From NCBI GenBank assembly GCA_945897435.1, contig CAMDFJ010000004.1, positions 10,316-74,315 on the forward strand: DNA of 64,000 nt, written 5' to 3'. This document shows positions 1 to 9,108 of this stretch, one piece after another. A program made the translations under genes and the position numbers. Position 1 is the first letter of the stretch; each line of letters begins with the position of its first letter. The notes under the pieces were generated by a model. It saw only the letters and a program-made list of their open reading frames with translations. It did not search any database and was not told where the DNA came from. Source of the stretch: Candidatus Kuenenia stuttgartensis (lineage in GTDB: Bacteria > Planctomycetota > Planctomycetia > Pirellulales > UBA1268).

Positions 1-431
1 ACTGTGGTGCGATCGTCCGCGAGCCCTGGTGGGATGAGGCCGGACTCGACCCGCGGATGACATGTGTCTCGATGGGCAATCCGCATGCCATCTTCTTCTG
101 CCGGGATGTGGCCGCCGTTCCGCTCGAACGAATCGGGCCGACGATCGAACGCCATCCGCTGTTTCCGCGGCGGGTCAACGCCCACTTCGTCGAGCTGATC
201 TCGCGGCAGCGGGTGAGGATGCGAACCTGGGAACGCGGCAGCGGGATCACGCAGGCCTGCGGCACGGGGGCGTCGGCCGTCTGTGTCGCCGGGGTGCTCA
301 GCCAACGCACGGACCGCTGCATCGTCGCCGAACTGCCCGGCGGGGAATTGGAGCTGGAATGGTCCGCGTCCGGCGAGGTCTTCATGACCGGGCCCGCGGA
401 GGAAGTGTTCGAAGGGACTTGGCCGGGCTGA
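1..431 (+). CDS. dapF: Diaminopimelate epimerase, C-terminal part (5' end outside window)
   Basis: Frame is open from the window edge. Translation contains 'SMGNPHAIFF' and the second active-site Cys region 'QACGTGASA', as in DapF. Stop at 429-431. Confidence 0.9.
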   Translation, partial: CGAIVREPWWDEAGLDPRMTCVSMGNPHAIFFCRDVAAVPLERIGPTIERHPLFPRRVNAHFVELISRQRVRMRTWERGSGITQACGTGASAVCVAGVLSQRTDRCIVAELPGGELELEWSASGEVFMTGPAEEVFEGTWPG

Positions 432-463
432 ACGCCGGCCCACTGAAAGGAAGGATTGTCGTC

Positions 464-1303
464 GTGAAGTTCAGGTCACCCATGGCGATTGGTGCGACAT
501 CGTTGCTGGCGACGGCCGTGATCCGGCAATGGATGGCCACGCTCGACTATCGGGCCGACTTCGGCGACCCCACCGTCGATCCCGTCCATCCAGACTGTCG
601 GGGAACCAAGATTTACGTGTTTTGGCACGAAAACATCCTGCTGCCGCTCCATCTCCGCGGGCACTGCCGGATCGCGATGCTCCTCTCGCGGCACGACGAC
701 GCCAACATTCTCGATCGCGTCGCCCGAATGAATGGTTTCGGCGTGGTTCGTGGCAGCACCTTCAATGGAGGATCGGTGGCCCTGCGTCAGCTCGCCGGAC
801 GGGCCAGGGAGGAAAACCTGACGATCACGCCCGACGGTCCACGCGGCCCGCGCAGACGCCTGGCCGCAGGCTGCGTATTTCTGGCCAGCACGCTCGGCAT
901 CCCGATCGTGGCGATGGGCCTCGGCTACGAGCGACCCTGGCGGTTTGACACCTGGGATAGGTTCGCCGTTCCGCGGCCCTGGCAGCGGGCGAGAGGCGTG
1001 GTCAGTCGCGCGGTCTTCGTGCCGTCGGGGCTCGACCGCGAGGGGATCGAGGTCCACCGTCAGGGGATCGAAAAGCTGCTCGAACACCTCTCGGTCGACG
1101 CCGAACAGTGGGCCCGGTCGGGTGAACGCCGTCCCGGAGAGCGACGGCTTCGGAAGCAGCCGGCACGATCCACCCGCGCGATGAGGACAGCTCCATCAAC
1201 AGGGAGCGTCTCCCTGGAGGATGAACTGCGGCGACTGGGGCTCGAGTCGGAGACCGAGGATCTTCCGGCACCCGCCGCAGACCAGGAGCGGCCCGCGGCC
1301 TGA
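464..1303 (+). CDS. DUF374 / lysophospholipid-acyltransferase-like protein
   Basis: 'IYVFWHENILLP...LSRHDDANIL...GGSVALRQL...ITPDGPRGP' resembles the DUF374 family. GTG at 464 follows an AAGGAAGG Shine-Dalgarno-like stretch; alternative ATG at 482. The upstream part of ORF 62..1303 overlaps dapF out of frame and is discarded. Confidence 0.75.
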   Translation: MKFRSPMAIGATSLLATAVIRQWMATLDYRADFGDPTVDPVHPDCRGTKIYVFWHENILLPLHLRGHCRIAMLLSRHDDANILDRVARMNGFGVVRGSTFNGGSVALRQLAGRAREENLTITPDGPRGPRRRLAAGCVFLASTLGIPIVAMGLGYERPWRFDTWDRFAVPRPWQRARGVVSRAVFVPSGLDREGIEVHRQGIEKLLEHLSVDAEQWARSGERRPGERRLRKQPARSTRAMRTAPSTGSVSLEDELRRLGLESETEDLPAPAADQERPAA

Positions 1304-1384
1304 GATCTGCTGGCCGAGTCTGCCTGCGATGCCCGTCTCTGCAGCGGTGTCCCTCGACCAACGGCTGCGGACATCTGCGGTCGA

Positions 1385-2458
1385 TCAGGGTTCCGGGCCG
1401 ACAAGCGCACGCTCGAGAGGCACTTCAATCGCCTGCAGCGACACCTCGGCACGCCTGGTTTCGCCGCCGGGGAGGATGTACTGAAGTGTCATCGGTCGGC
1501 CGACGGGACTCGACGTCACGACCTGAGTCAGGTCGCCCGGAGATCGCACAGGCCTTTCGCCCAGAGCCACGATCACGCTGCCCGGCGGAATGCCCGCTTT
1601 CGAGGCCGGCAGGTCATGGACAACACCGATCACGAGCGCACCGGCCGGCTCGGCGAGTCGAAACCTTGCCTGCACGGCCGGATCGACCGGAAGTGTTCGA
1701 ACCCCGAGCGCCGTCCGTCCCCGGCCGGATTCGGGCGGCGCCAGCGGGGCAGGTGTCGCCGCTGGTGCCGCGGCCGGAGTCATCAAGCCCGGTGGTTGGG
1801 CTGGCTGAAGCGGCCGCACCGCCGGCTGACTCGGCTGCTCGATCGGCTTCGGAACCGACGCTGCCGGCTGCCATTCGGCCACCATCGGCCTGACCGGCGG
1901 CCGAGCCACGGCCTTGAGTTCGATTTCTTCAATCCGATCCGATCGGCCGATCGCAACCTTCACGTCGGTGCCTGGAGCGATTGCCGCGAGGGCGGCGGCC
2001 AGTTGATCGGACGATCCCAGCGGCATGCCGTTGATCGCCAGCAACTGGTCCTGAACCCTGATGCCAGAGGATGCCGCGGGGCCGTTCGCTGCCACGTCGA
2101 CCACGACGAGACGGCCAGTCACGACCGCATCATCGACCGTGAGGCCGATCCAGCCAGTTCCCGGGACGACGGCCCCGACCGGAAGGGATGACGGCGCGGG
2201 ACGGATCGGTTGCAGGGGCACCAGTGCCGCCGGCGGTGTCGTCGGCAAGGCAAGCGGTTCTCCGATCGAGATTTCGGCCGGCTGGAATGGCGGAGGCGAC
2301 GGTCCGTCCTCCGCGTTCACGCCCGAGCCACAGATCGCGGCGACGGTGATCGACGCAATCAGCCGAAAAACACCGCTCGGAGAAGAAAGGCCAATGGCCA
2401 GGCGGCTGGTCCTCGATCTGCCCCTCAGCGAAACGACCGTGAAAGACCGAACAACCAT
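1385..2458 (-). CDS. Exported protein with two PDZ domains and a Pro/Ala-rich linker
   Basis: Chosen start 'MVVRSFTVV...' gives an N-terminal hydrophobic leader. Two PDZ-like blocks are present ('GWIGLTVDD...GIRVQDQLLAING' and 'ALVIGVVHDLPASKAGIPPGSVIVALG'). Start position is uncertain. Confidence 0.7.
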   Translation of the reverse strand: MVVRSFTVVSLRGRSRTSRLAIGLSSPSGVFRLIASITVAAICGSGVNAEDGPSPPPFQPAEISIGEPLALPTTPPAALVPLQPIRPAPSSLPVGAVVPGTGWIGLTVDDAVVTGRLVVVDVAANGPAASSGIRVQDQLLAINGMPLGSSDQLAAALAAIAPGTDVKVAIGRSDRIEEIELKAVARPPVRPMVAEWQPAASVPKPIEQPSQPAVRPLQPAQPPGLMTPAAAPAATPAPLAPPESGRGRTALGVRTLPVDPAVQARFRLAEPAGALVIGVVHDLPASKAGIPPGSVIVALGERPVRSPGDLTQVVTSSPVGRPMTLQYILPGGETRRAEVSLQAIEVPLERALVGPEP

Positions 2459-2551
2459 CGCTGTGATGCCCCCTGGGATCGTTCTTCGCGTTCGATGCTG
2501 GGCGGAGTATAGCCGATCCCGATGCGATCGTGCCTGCTCTGCTGGCATGGT

Positions 2552-2579
2552 TTGACAGCACTGCAAGCACCCCTATACT
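2552..2579 (+). promoter_or_regulatory. Sigma70-like promoter candidate upstream of dnaA (TTGACA-16 nt-TATACT)
   Basis: TTGACA at 2552-2557 and TATACT at 2574-2579 with a 16-nt spacer, about 70 nt upstream of the dnaA GTG at 2652. Read directly; no experimental support. Confidence 0.4.
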
Positions 2580-2651
2580 CGCGCCCCGACGGTCACCCGA
2601 AGCCAGACTTCGGAAGGGACTGCAACAATTCGAAAAACCCGTGGGTGCCTG

Positions 2652-4217
2652 GTGCAGGACGTGGCCAAGGCGAACATTTCTGATGGATCGGAAAGGGCCT
2701 CGCATGGCAGCGGCGGCGGCATGGACGCCCGTGTCAGCGAGCTTTTCAGAGCCCGGATCGGCGACGAGCGGTATGCGGTCTGGTTTGGCGATGCGGCCCG
2801 CATCGAGGTCTCTGCGGACGGCCTCCGGGTGACGATCCGGGTCGCCAGCGGGTTTGCCCAGGATTGGCTCCGGAAGACATTTCATGCCGAACTTCTCTCG
2901 ACCGTCCGGCAGGTCTGCGGACCGGCCGCCGAATTGGAGTGGGCTTCGCAGCTGAATCAGCAGCCGGGCGATCAGCCGGAACGTTCGCTGGAATCTGCGT
3001 CTGCAGGTGACTCTGATCGCGGGATCTCCCCCGTCTCGTCCCCCGCGTCCCGTTCCAATGGCCCGCGGAAGCCTGACCGCCGGCGTACCTCCGCGGCCTC
3101 CGCACAGGCCCAAGTTGTCGGCTCCGGCTCTGACGTCAGGCCACCGGCCAGCGGTCTTGCGGCGAAGGCTCTGGCCGGCCCGCGGCATGCTCCAAGGCTC
3201 GACACCTTTGTGGTCGGCCCCAGCAATCGGATGGCCTTCGCCGCAGTCCAACTGGCCGCCAGCCGCCCGGGAGAGATGTCTCCGCTGATCCTGCACGGGC
3301 CGAGCGGTGTCGGCAAGAGCCACCTGCTCGAGGGCATCTGCGGGCATTTCAGGGATCTCCATCCCAAGGCCAACGCCGTCTTCCTCTCCGCGGAGCAGTT
3401 CACGACCGGATTCCTCCAGTCGCTCCACGGAAGCGGACTGCCCGGATTTCGTCGCACCTGTCGAAGTGCCGATCTGCTCGTCGTCGACGACCTGCAGTTT
3501 TTCGTCGGCAAGCGGGCGACCATGATGGAACTCCAGCACACGATCGACACCCTCCACCGGCTTGGCCGGCAGATGGTCTTTGCCTGCGACCGCGAATTGG
3601 AGTCGCTGACAGAACTCGACGCCGACCTGCTGACTCGGCTGCGGGGCGGGATGACCGCCCGCATGCTCCCGCCCGACGAAGACGTCCGCCGGGGGATCGT
3701 CGAGGCAATCGCTTCCCGGCGAGGGATCCTGGTCCCGAAGGACGTGGTCGACTATGTCGCCGCCCAGATGACGCGGCATACCCGCGAACTCACAGGCGCC
3801 GTCAACCGGCTCGAGGCCACCAGTCACATGCTCGGCGTGCCGATCTCGATGGGAATGGCCGAGGAGGCGCTGGCCGATCTCGTCCGCTCGAGTGGACGGA
3901 GCCTGCGACTTGCCGACATCGAACGGGCCGTCTGCTCGGCTTTTGGCATCGAGTCGGGGTCGCTGCAGGGGACGCAGCGGACGAAGCGGGTCAACCATCC
4001 GCGGATGCTGGCGATGTTTCTCGCCCGCAAGCACACCGCCTCGGCGCTCACCGAGATCGGCAGCTACTTCGGCCGCCGCAGCCACTCGACGGTGATCTCG
4101 GCCCAGAAGACGGTGGTCGAGTGGGTGGCAAGCCATTCGCAGATCATGCTCGCCGACGCCACCTGGGATGTGGAGGAGGCGATTCGCCGCGTCGAGGAGA
4201 TGCTCCGGGCAGGATGA
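2652..4217 (+). CDS. dnaA: Chromosomal replication initiator protein DnaA
   Basis: Walker A 'GPSGVGKSHL', 'LVVDDLQFF', and the C-terminal DNA-binding region 'RMLAMFLARKHT...LTEIGSYFGRRSHSTVISA'. GTG start at 2652; alternative ATG at 2721 ('MDARVSELF'). Confidence 0.92.
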   Translation: MQDVAKANISDGSERASHGSGGGMDARVSELFRARIGDERYAVWFGDAARIEVSADGLRVTIRVASGFAQDWLRKTFHAELLSTVRQVCGPAAELEWASQLNQQPGDQPERSLESASAGDSDRGISPVSSPASRSNGPRKPDRRRTSAASAQAQVVGSGSDVRPPASGLAAKALAGPRHAPRLDTFVVGPSNRMAFAAVQLAASRPGEMSPLILHGPSGVGKSHLLEGICGHFRDLHPKANAVFLSAEQFTTGFLQSLHGSGLPGFRRTCRSADLLVVDDLQFFVGKRATMMELQHTIDTLHRLGRQMVFACDRELESLTELDADLLTRLRGGMTARMLPPDEDVRRGIVEAIASRRGILVPKDVVDYVAAQMTRHTRELTGAVNRLEATSHMLGVPISMGMAEEALADLVRSSGRSLRLADIERAVCSAFGIESGSLQGTQRTKRVNHPRMLAMFLARKHTASALTEIGSYFGRRSHSTVISAQKTVVEWVASHSQIMLADATWDVEEAIRRVEEMLRAG

Positions 4218-4226
4218 TCGTGCCGG

Positions 4227-4244
4227 GGCCGAATGCTGTCGGCC
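4227..4244. terminator. Weak GC hairpin between convergent dnaA and the downstream gene
   Basis: GGCCGA-ATGCTG-TCGGCC (6-bp stem, 6-nt loop) in the 33-bp gap. No U-tract. Confidence 0.25.
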
Positions 4245-4250
4245 GGAACC

Positions 4251-5147
4251 TCAATCCGCCGTGGGCGACATCCGTTCTTCGAGGCTGGCCTTGAAGCGGA
4301 TGCTCGATTCGGGCCCGCTGAATCCGACGACCCGACGATCGATTCCGGTGGCGCGTCTGATCACCCGGCCGCGTTCGATGTCGAAGTCGATCCTGCCGTC
4401 CCAGATCCGCTCCAGCAGTCGGGCCTCGAGGCGGGGATCGTCGATCGGAGTGAGCACCGTCGTATCGACGCGGATCTCGGCCACGCCATCCTCGATCGCA
4501 TCGAGCCTGTAGCGGAGACGGGTGCGGACGGCCTTGCGGGGACCGTTCGGCACCTCCACGACCACCTCCTCCGGCACGGTCCACTCGTCGCCTGGCTTCA
4601 CCGGCCCATCTGGTAGCGGCACGACCACGAGATCGCCGGTGTTTGAGGGTGGGTTCGGCCTCAGATCACGCCGTTCGATCACCCTGCCGCTCTGGTCGAT
4701 GACCAGTCGCGAGAGCGGCACGCCAAGGCTCTCGCGGACACCCTCGTAGCCCGGCGGTGGCGGCTCGTTGCCCCGGCTGCTCCAGCGGACCCGCCCCTTG
4801 TCGCTCGTGGTGGACGTCATCGTCACGTCGCCGACGGAATGTTCGATCGTGGTTCTGCCGGCGGCATCGATGTCGATGATCGCCCAGCGCTTGGTGGAAT
4901 CTGTGGCCGTTTCGACAGACTGCGCGGTGCCGGCGATCGTCGTCTCTGTCAGCGCCCGGTGGGCCACGTCCATCAGGACCGTCTCACCCTTGGCGAACCG
5001 GTATTCGAGCCGCTGTCCGACGGCTGGCTGGGCCCCAGAAGCAGTCGTCTCGCCCGCGGTTGAGTTCTGCGAGGTCAAAGCGGCGAGGCCTGCGAAGAGC
5101 AGCATGCCGGCCGCTGCCGGGGAGAGGACTGGGAGTCGGAACAACAT
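4251..5147 (-). CDS. Hypothetical exported protein
   Basis: N-terminal signal-like 'MLFRLPVLSPAAAGMLLFAGLAALTS'. Balanced, non-repetitive composition. No motif recognised. Confidence 0.65.
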   Translation of the reverse strand: MLFRLPVLSPAAAGMLLFAGLAALTSQNSTAGETTASGAQPAVGQRLEYRFAKGETVLMDVAHRALTETTIAGTAQSVETATDSTKRWAIIDIDAAGRTTIEHSVGDVTMTSTTSDKGRVRWSSRGNEPPPPGYEGVRESLGVPLSRLVIDQSGRVIERRDLRPNPPSNTGDLVVVPLPDGPVKPGDEWTVPEEVVVEVPNGPRKAVRTRLRYRLDAIEDGVAEIRVDTTVLTPIDDPRLEARLLERIWDGRIDFDIERGRVIRRATGIDRRVVGFSGPESSIRFKASLEERMSPTAD

Positions 5148-5190
5148 GCGGATCGCCTCTTCTGAGGGCTTTCTCGGTCAAGGAGCTGGG

Positions 5191-6120
5191 TCAGGGGGTT
5201 TCTCTGGTCGCGGCGGAGCGGTCGCCGATGCCGCGCAGGCCACCTCCCCAGCCGAGCTTTTCCCGAAGCGTGCGGTAGTAGCCGTGCTGATGGGTCTCGA
5301 TCAGCATGAATCGGGGCTGGGCGCGGCGGACACGCACCCGGTCTCCGGAGGTGAGCGGTGCGACCACACGACCATCGACAACGCAGGCCGAGCCGGCATT
5401 CGGCTCCGGGACGACGAGTTCGTAGACCCGGGCCGCCGAATCGACCACGGTGCGGTTTGTGAGCGTGTGGGGGTTGAGCGGCGTGAACACGAAGGCGTCG
5501 ATGTCTTTGCGGACGATCGGGCCGCCCGCGGAGAGATTGTGTGCCGTCGATCCCACCGGAGTGCTGACGATCAGTCCGTCCGCCCGGTAGGTGGTCGCCA
5601 GCTCGCCATCGACATGGAGTCCGATCTCGATCATCGAGAACGGCGGACCTGCCAGGAGCGAGGTCTCGTTGAGCCCCAGTTCGCGGGTCACGGTGCCGCC
5701 GTCCCGAAGCACCTCGCACTCGAACATCAGATGCTCCACGAGCCGAAAACGGCCGGAGGCGATCTCGTCGAGGGCGGCTGCCACCTCGTCTCGGGAGAAG
5801 TCGGCGAGAAAGCCAAGGGTGCCGAGATTGACGCCCAAGACGGGAACCTGATCGTAGGCCATCCAGCGGGCCGTCCGCAGGATCGAACCATCGCCGCCGA
5901 GCACCACCACCAGGTCGATCCCAGAGTCGGAGCCGGCCTCAAAACGTCCCTTGCCCCAGTCTTCCCGGGCCGCGAGACGGCAGTCGACGAGGTGGCCTCT
6001 GGATTCGAGCAGGTTGCGAATCCGCTCGGCCTCGGCGTCGATTCCCGGCAAGCCCGCCGGCCCGACGAGCATCGCATGCAATCGCGACGGCGACGCATGC
6101 TGCGGTCTCAGTCGCGTCAT
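5191..6120 (-). CDS. nadK: NAD(+) kinase
   Basis: 'VVVLGGDGSILRTAR', 'GVNLGTLGFLADF', 'STPVGSTAHNLSAGGPIV' are NAD kinase signatures. Alternative start at 6072. Confidence 0.88.
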   Translation of the reverse strand: MTRLRPQHASPSRLHAMLVGPAGLPGIDAEAERIRNLLESRGHLVDCRLAAREDWGKGRFEAGSDSGIDLVVVLGGDGSILRTARWMAYDQVPVLGVNLGTLGFLADFSRDEVAAALDEIASGRFRLVEHLMFECEVLRDGGTVTRELGLNETSLLAGPPFSMIEIGLHVDGELATTYRADGLIVSTPVGSTAHNLSAGGPIVRKDIDAFVFTPLNPHTLTNRTVVDSAARVYELVVPEPNAGSACVVDGRVVAPLTSGDRVRVRRAQPRFMLIETHQHGYYRTLREKLGWGGGLRGIGDRSAATRETP

Positions 6121-6151
6121 GCAATCCTCGCCGGCTGGGGTTCCGTGGCGA

Positions 6152-8056
6152 TCACGGGCAGGTGCCGTTGGCGGGCATCACTCCGGCGAGTGCCCTGCAG
6201 GTCTGGGCGATGCCGGTTGCATCGAGTCGGAGTTCGGCGAGCAGTTCGCCCCGTTCGCCATGCTCCACGAAGCGGTCCGGAAGTCCGAGGCGGACGATCG
6301 GCCCCGTGACGATGCGGGCGTCATGAACGGCCTCCAGCACCGCGCTGCCGAAGCCGGTCTGGAGGGCGTTTTCCTCGACGGTCACCACCCAGGGCGCGGC
6401 CTCGATTCGCTCCAGCAGCAGCCGGCTGTCGAGCGGCTTCACGAAGCGGGCGTTGATCACCCCGACATCCAGCCCCTCCTCGCGGAGTCGGCGGGCGGCA
6501 TCGACCGCTCCGCCGAGCAGGGTTCCGCAGGCGACGATCAGGCCGTCGCTGCCGTCGAGCAACGGTTCGCAGCATCCGGCAACGATCGGCGTCCGGGGGC
6601 CGACATGCTCCTCGACCGTGGTCTTCGGATAGCGGATCGCGACCGGGCCGGACTGTTGCAGCGCCCAGTCGAGCATCGCGACAAGATCGTGCTCGTCGCC
6701 CGGTGCCAGCACCGTCATGTTGGGAAACAGCCGCATGTAGCCGATGTCGTAGGAGCCGTGGTGCGTCGGCCCGTCCGGGCCCGTGAGCCCCGCCCGGTCG
6801 AGCATGAATACGACCGGCAGATTTTGCAGGCAGACCTCCTGGAAGATCTGGTCGAACGACCGCTGCAGAAATGTGCTGTAGATGTCGACGATCGGGCGGC
6901 ATCCGACCTTCGCCTGACCGGCGGCGAAGGCGACGGCATGCGACTCGCAGATGCCGACGTCGAAGAACCGATCGGGGAACTCCTCGCGGACCGGCTCGAG
7001 TTTGTTGCCCTGGCACATCGCGGCCGTCAGCACGGTCACCCGCTGATCCCGTCGCATCGCGTTGCCGATCGCGGCACTGGCGACGTCGGTGTAGGCCCGG
7101 GCGGAGGATTTCTTGATCGAGACGATGCAGTCGTCGTCATCGCACTCGAACGGGGCGGGCGTGTGGAAGAAGACCGGATCGGCCTCCGCCGGCTTGAACC
7201 CGTGCCCCTTCTCGGTGAGCACGTGGAGCAGCACGGGGCCCTCTTCGTCCTTCACCAGTTCCAGATACCGGATCAGGGTGGGAAGGGAATGGCCCTCGAC
7301 GGGGCCGAAGTAGCGGACACCCATCGCCTCAAACAGCATCCCGCCGTGGAGGGCTCCCTTGATCGAGTCCTTCGCCTTGTTGAGCATCCACTCCATCTGG
7401 CCGCCGACCATCGGTACGCCCTTGATCAGCTCGCCGGCCTGCTGCTTGATGCCACGGTACCAGGGATTGGTGCGGATGACGTCGAGATACTCGGCCAGCC
7501 CGCCCACCCGCGGGCAGATCGACATCTTGTTGTCGTTGAGGATCACGAGCAGCCGCTTCTTGAGGAAGCCGGCGTTGTTGAGCGCCTCGAAGACGATCCC
7601 GGATGGCAGGGCGCCGTCGCCGATCACCGCCACGGAATGGCGATCGTCGCGGCCGAGAAGGTCGTCGCCGCTGGCGAGTCCGAGCGCCGTCGAAACGCTC
7701 GATCCGGCGTGGCCCGTCATGAACAGGTCGTAAGGGCTCTCGTCGGGGTTTGGGTAGCCCATCAGACCACCCTTGGTGCGGATGCTGCCGAACCGGGCGA
7801 AACGGCCGGTGATGAGCTTGTGGGGATAGATCTGATGGCCCGTGTCCCAGATCAGGCGATCCCGGCTGAAGTCGAAGACCCTGTGCAGGGCCAGGCAGAG
7901 TTCGACCACGCCAAGGTTCGAGGCGAAGTGGGCCGTCCGCGTGGCTGCAACCTCGCAGAGCGCTCGCCGCATCTCGGCGGCGAGCTGCTCGAGCTGCTCG
8001 ACGGAGAGGCCGACAAGGTCCTGCGGCGAGAGGATCGAGGGAAGGATGTCGGCCAT
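6152..8056 (-). CDS. dxs: 1-deoxy-D-xylulose-5-phosphate synthase
   Basis: 'FDFSRDRLIWDTGHQIYPHKLITGR', 'GHAGSSVSTALG', 'IGDGALPSG' and a transketolase-like C-terminal half. ATG at 8056 gives the typical 'MADILPSILSPQDL' N-terminus. The ORF could extend to a GTG at 8095. Confidence 0.93.
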   Translation of the reverse strand: MADILPSILSPQDLVGLSVEQLEQLAAEMRRALCEVAATRTAHFASNLGVVELCLALHRVFDFSRDRLIWDTGHQIYPHKLITGRFARFGSIRTKGGLMGYPNPDESPYDLFMTGHAGSSVSTALGLASGDDLLGRDDRHSVAVIGDGALPSGIVFEALNNAGFLKKRLLVILNDNKMSICPRVGGLAEYLDVIRTNPWYRGIKQQAGELIKGVPMVGGQMEWMLNKAKDSIKGALHGGMLFEAMGVRYFGPVEGHSLPTLIRYLELVKDEEGPVLLHVLTEKGHGFKPAEADPVFFHTPAPFECDDDDCIVSIKKSSARAYTDVASAAIGNAMRRDQRVTVLTAAMCQGNKLEPVREEFPDRFFDVGICESHAVAFAAGQAKVGCRPIVDIYSTFLQRSFDQIFQEVCLQNLPVVFMLDRAGLTGPDGPTHHGSYDIGYMRLFPNMTVLAPGDEHDLVAMLDWALQQSGPVAIRYPKTTVEEHVGPRTPIVAGCCEPLLDGSDGLIVACGTLLGGAVDAARRLREEGLDVGVINARFVKPLDSRLLLERIEAAPWVVTVEENALQTGFGSAVLEAVHDARIVTGPIVRLGLPDRFVEHGERGELLAELRLDATGIAQTCRALAGVMPANGTCP

Positions 8057-8094
8057 GATGCCTTGGTGGTCCTGTGCGTCCTGAGGGTCTGCCA

Positions 8095-8994
8095 CTAATG
8101 ATCGCGGGCCACGATCCAGCGTGCCAGTCCGGTCAACTCTGCCGCGGCCTCGCCGAGGCCTGCGACCGCCCCGGCCGCCTCCTCCGCGAGTGCCCGGCCA
8201 CGTTCCCGGCTCGGTTCGAGTCCGCAGACCGTGGGAAAGGTGAGTTTGCCGCGGCCGGCGTCCTTGCCCACCCGCTTGCCCATTGCGGCCTCGTCACCCT
8301 CGGCGTCGAGGAGGTCGTCGGCGATCTGAAAGGCCAGTCCGAACGCGCGACCGTAGGCGGCCAGCATCGCCATTCGGCCCCGGTCGGCCCCGGCTGCGAG
8401 GCCTCCCAATTCGAGCGATGCGAGAAACAACGCCCCAGTCTTGCGGCGGTGCACCCGTTCGAGCCAGACGATCTGTTCGGTTGCCGGCGACGCAGAGATG
8501 TCGGCGATCCAGCCGCGTTCCGCCGCAAGGTCATCGGACTGACCGCCGACCAACGCCTCGGCACCCGCGGCCCGGGCCAGCACGCCGCATCCGCAGCCGG
8601 CCTGGCCGGCTGGCAGGGATCGGGCCAGCACTTCGAAGGCCAGGGCCTGGAGGGCATCGCCGCAGAGGATGGCTGTCGCCTCGTCGAAGGCACGGTGGCA
8701 GGTCGGCCTGCCGCGACGCAGGTCGTCGTCGTCCATCGCCGGCAGGTCATCGTGGACGAGCGAATAGGCGTGGATCATTTCCACGGCAATGGCGGGGCCG
8801 GCAGCGACCTCCCAGGAACCACCGCAGGCGGCGGAGGCCCAGAGCACGAGTGCCGGACGGAGCCGCTTGCCAGGCGCAAGCAGTGCATACCGCATCGCAT
8901 CCAGCAGTCGCGGCGAGGCGTCGCCGGAGAGATCGAGTGCCTGCTCGAGCAGCGGATCGATGAAATTCCTGACCCGATCGAGCGAGTCTGCCAT
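8095..8994 (-). CDS. ispA: Polyprenyl (farnesyl/geranylgeranyl) diphosphate synthase
   Basis: First and second Asp-rich motifs 'LVHDDLPAMDDDDLRRGRP' and 'FQIADDLLD'. Sits between xseB and dxs as in the E. coli xseB-ispA-dxs operon. Chain-length specificity is not determinable. Alternative start at 9099. Confidence 0.88.
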   Translation of the reverse strand: MADSLDRVRNFIDPLLEQALDLSGDASPRLLDAMRYALLAPGKRLRPALVLWASAACGGSWEVAAGPAIAVEMIHAYSLVHDDLPAMDDDDLRRGRPTCHRAFDEATAILCGDALQALAFEVLARSLPAGQAGCGCGVLARAAGAEALVGGQSDDLAAERGWIADISASPATEQIVWLERVHRRKTGALFLASLELGGLAAGADRGRMAMLAAYGRAFGLAFQIADDLLDAEGDEAAMGKRVGKDAGRGKLTFPTVCGLEPSRERGRALAEEAAGAVAGLGEAAAELTGLARWIVARDH

Positions 8995-9108
8995 GACCTG
9001 CTCGCGGTCGGTTGCCTGCGGCTGAGCGGACCCCGGGAGGCAGTCCGCAGACACCTCTGACCGTGCCGTTGACGGACCCTGCGACCGGTGTGAAACCATT
9101 GAAAAATT

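Noticed and set aside
2459-2651. oriC / DnaA-box cluster next to dnaA
   Set aside because: No TTATCCACA- or TTGTCCACA-like 9-mers and no AT-rich unwinding tract were seen by eye. Only a promoter-like TTGACA/TATACT pair was found. This needs a PWM scan to be certain.
2130-4136. 668-aa minus-strand ORF
   Set aside because: It is antisense to dnaA and the PDZ gene region, low-complexity and Arg/Gly/Pro-rich. dnaA motifs are decisive for the plus strand.
5951-8098. 715-aa plus-strand ORF
   Set aside because: It is antisense to the unmistakable dxs gene. Its composition is Arg/Ala/Gly/Asp-biased with no motifs.
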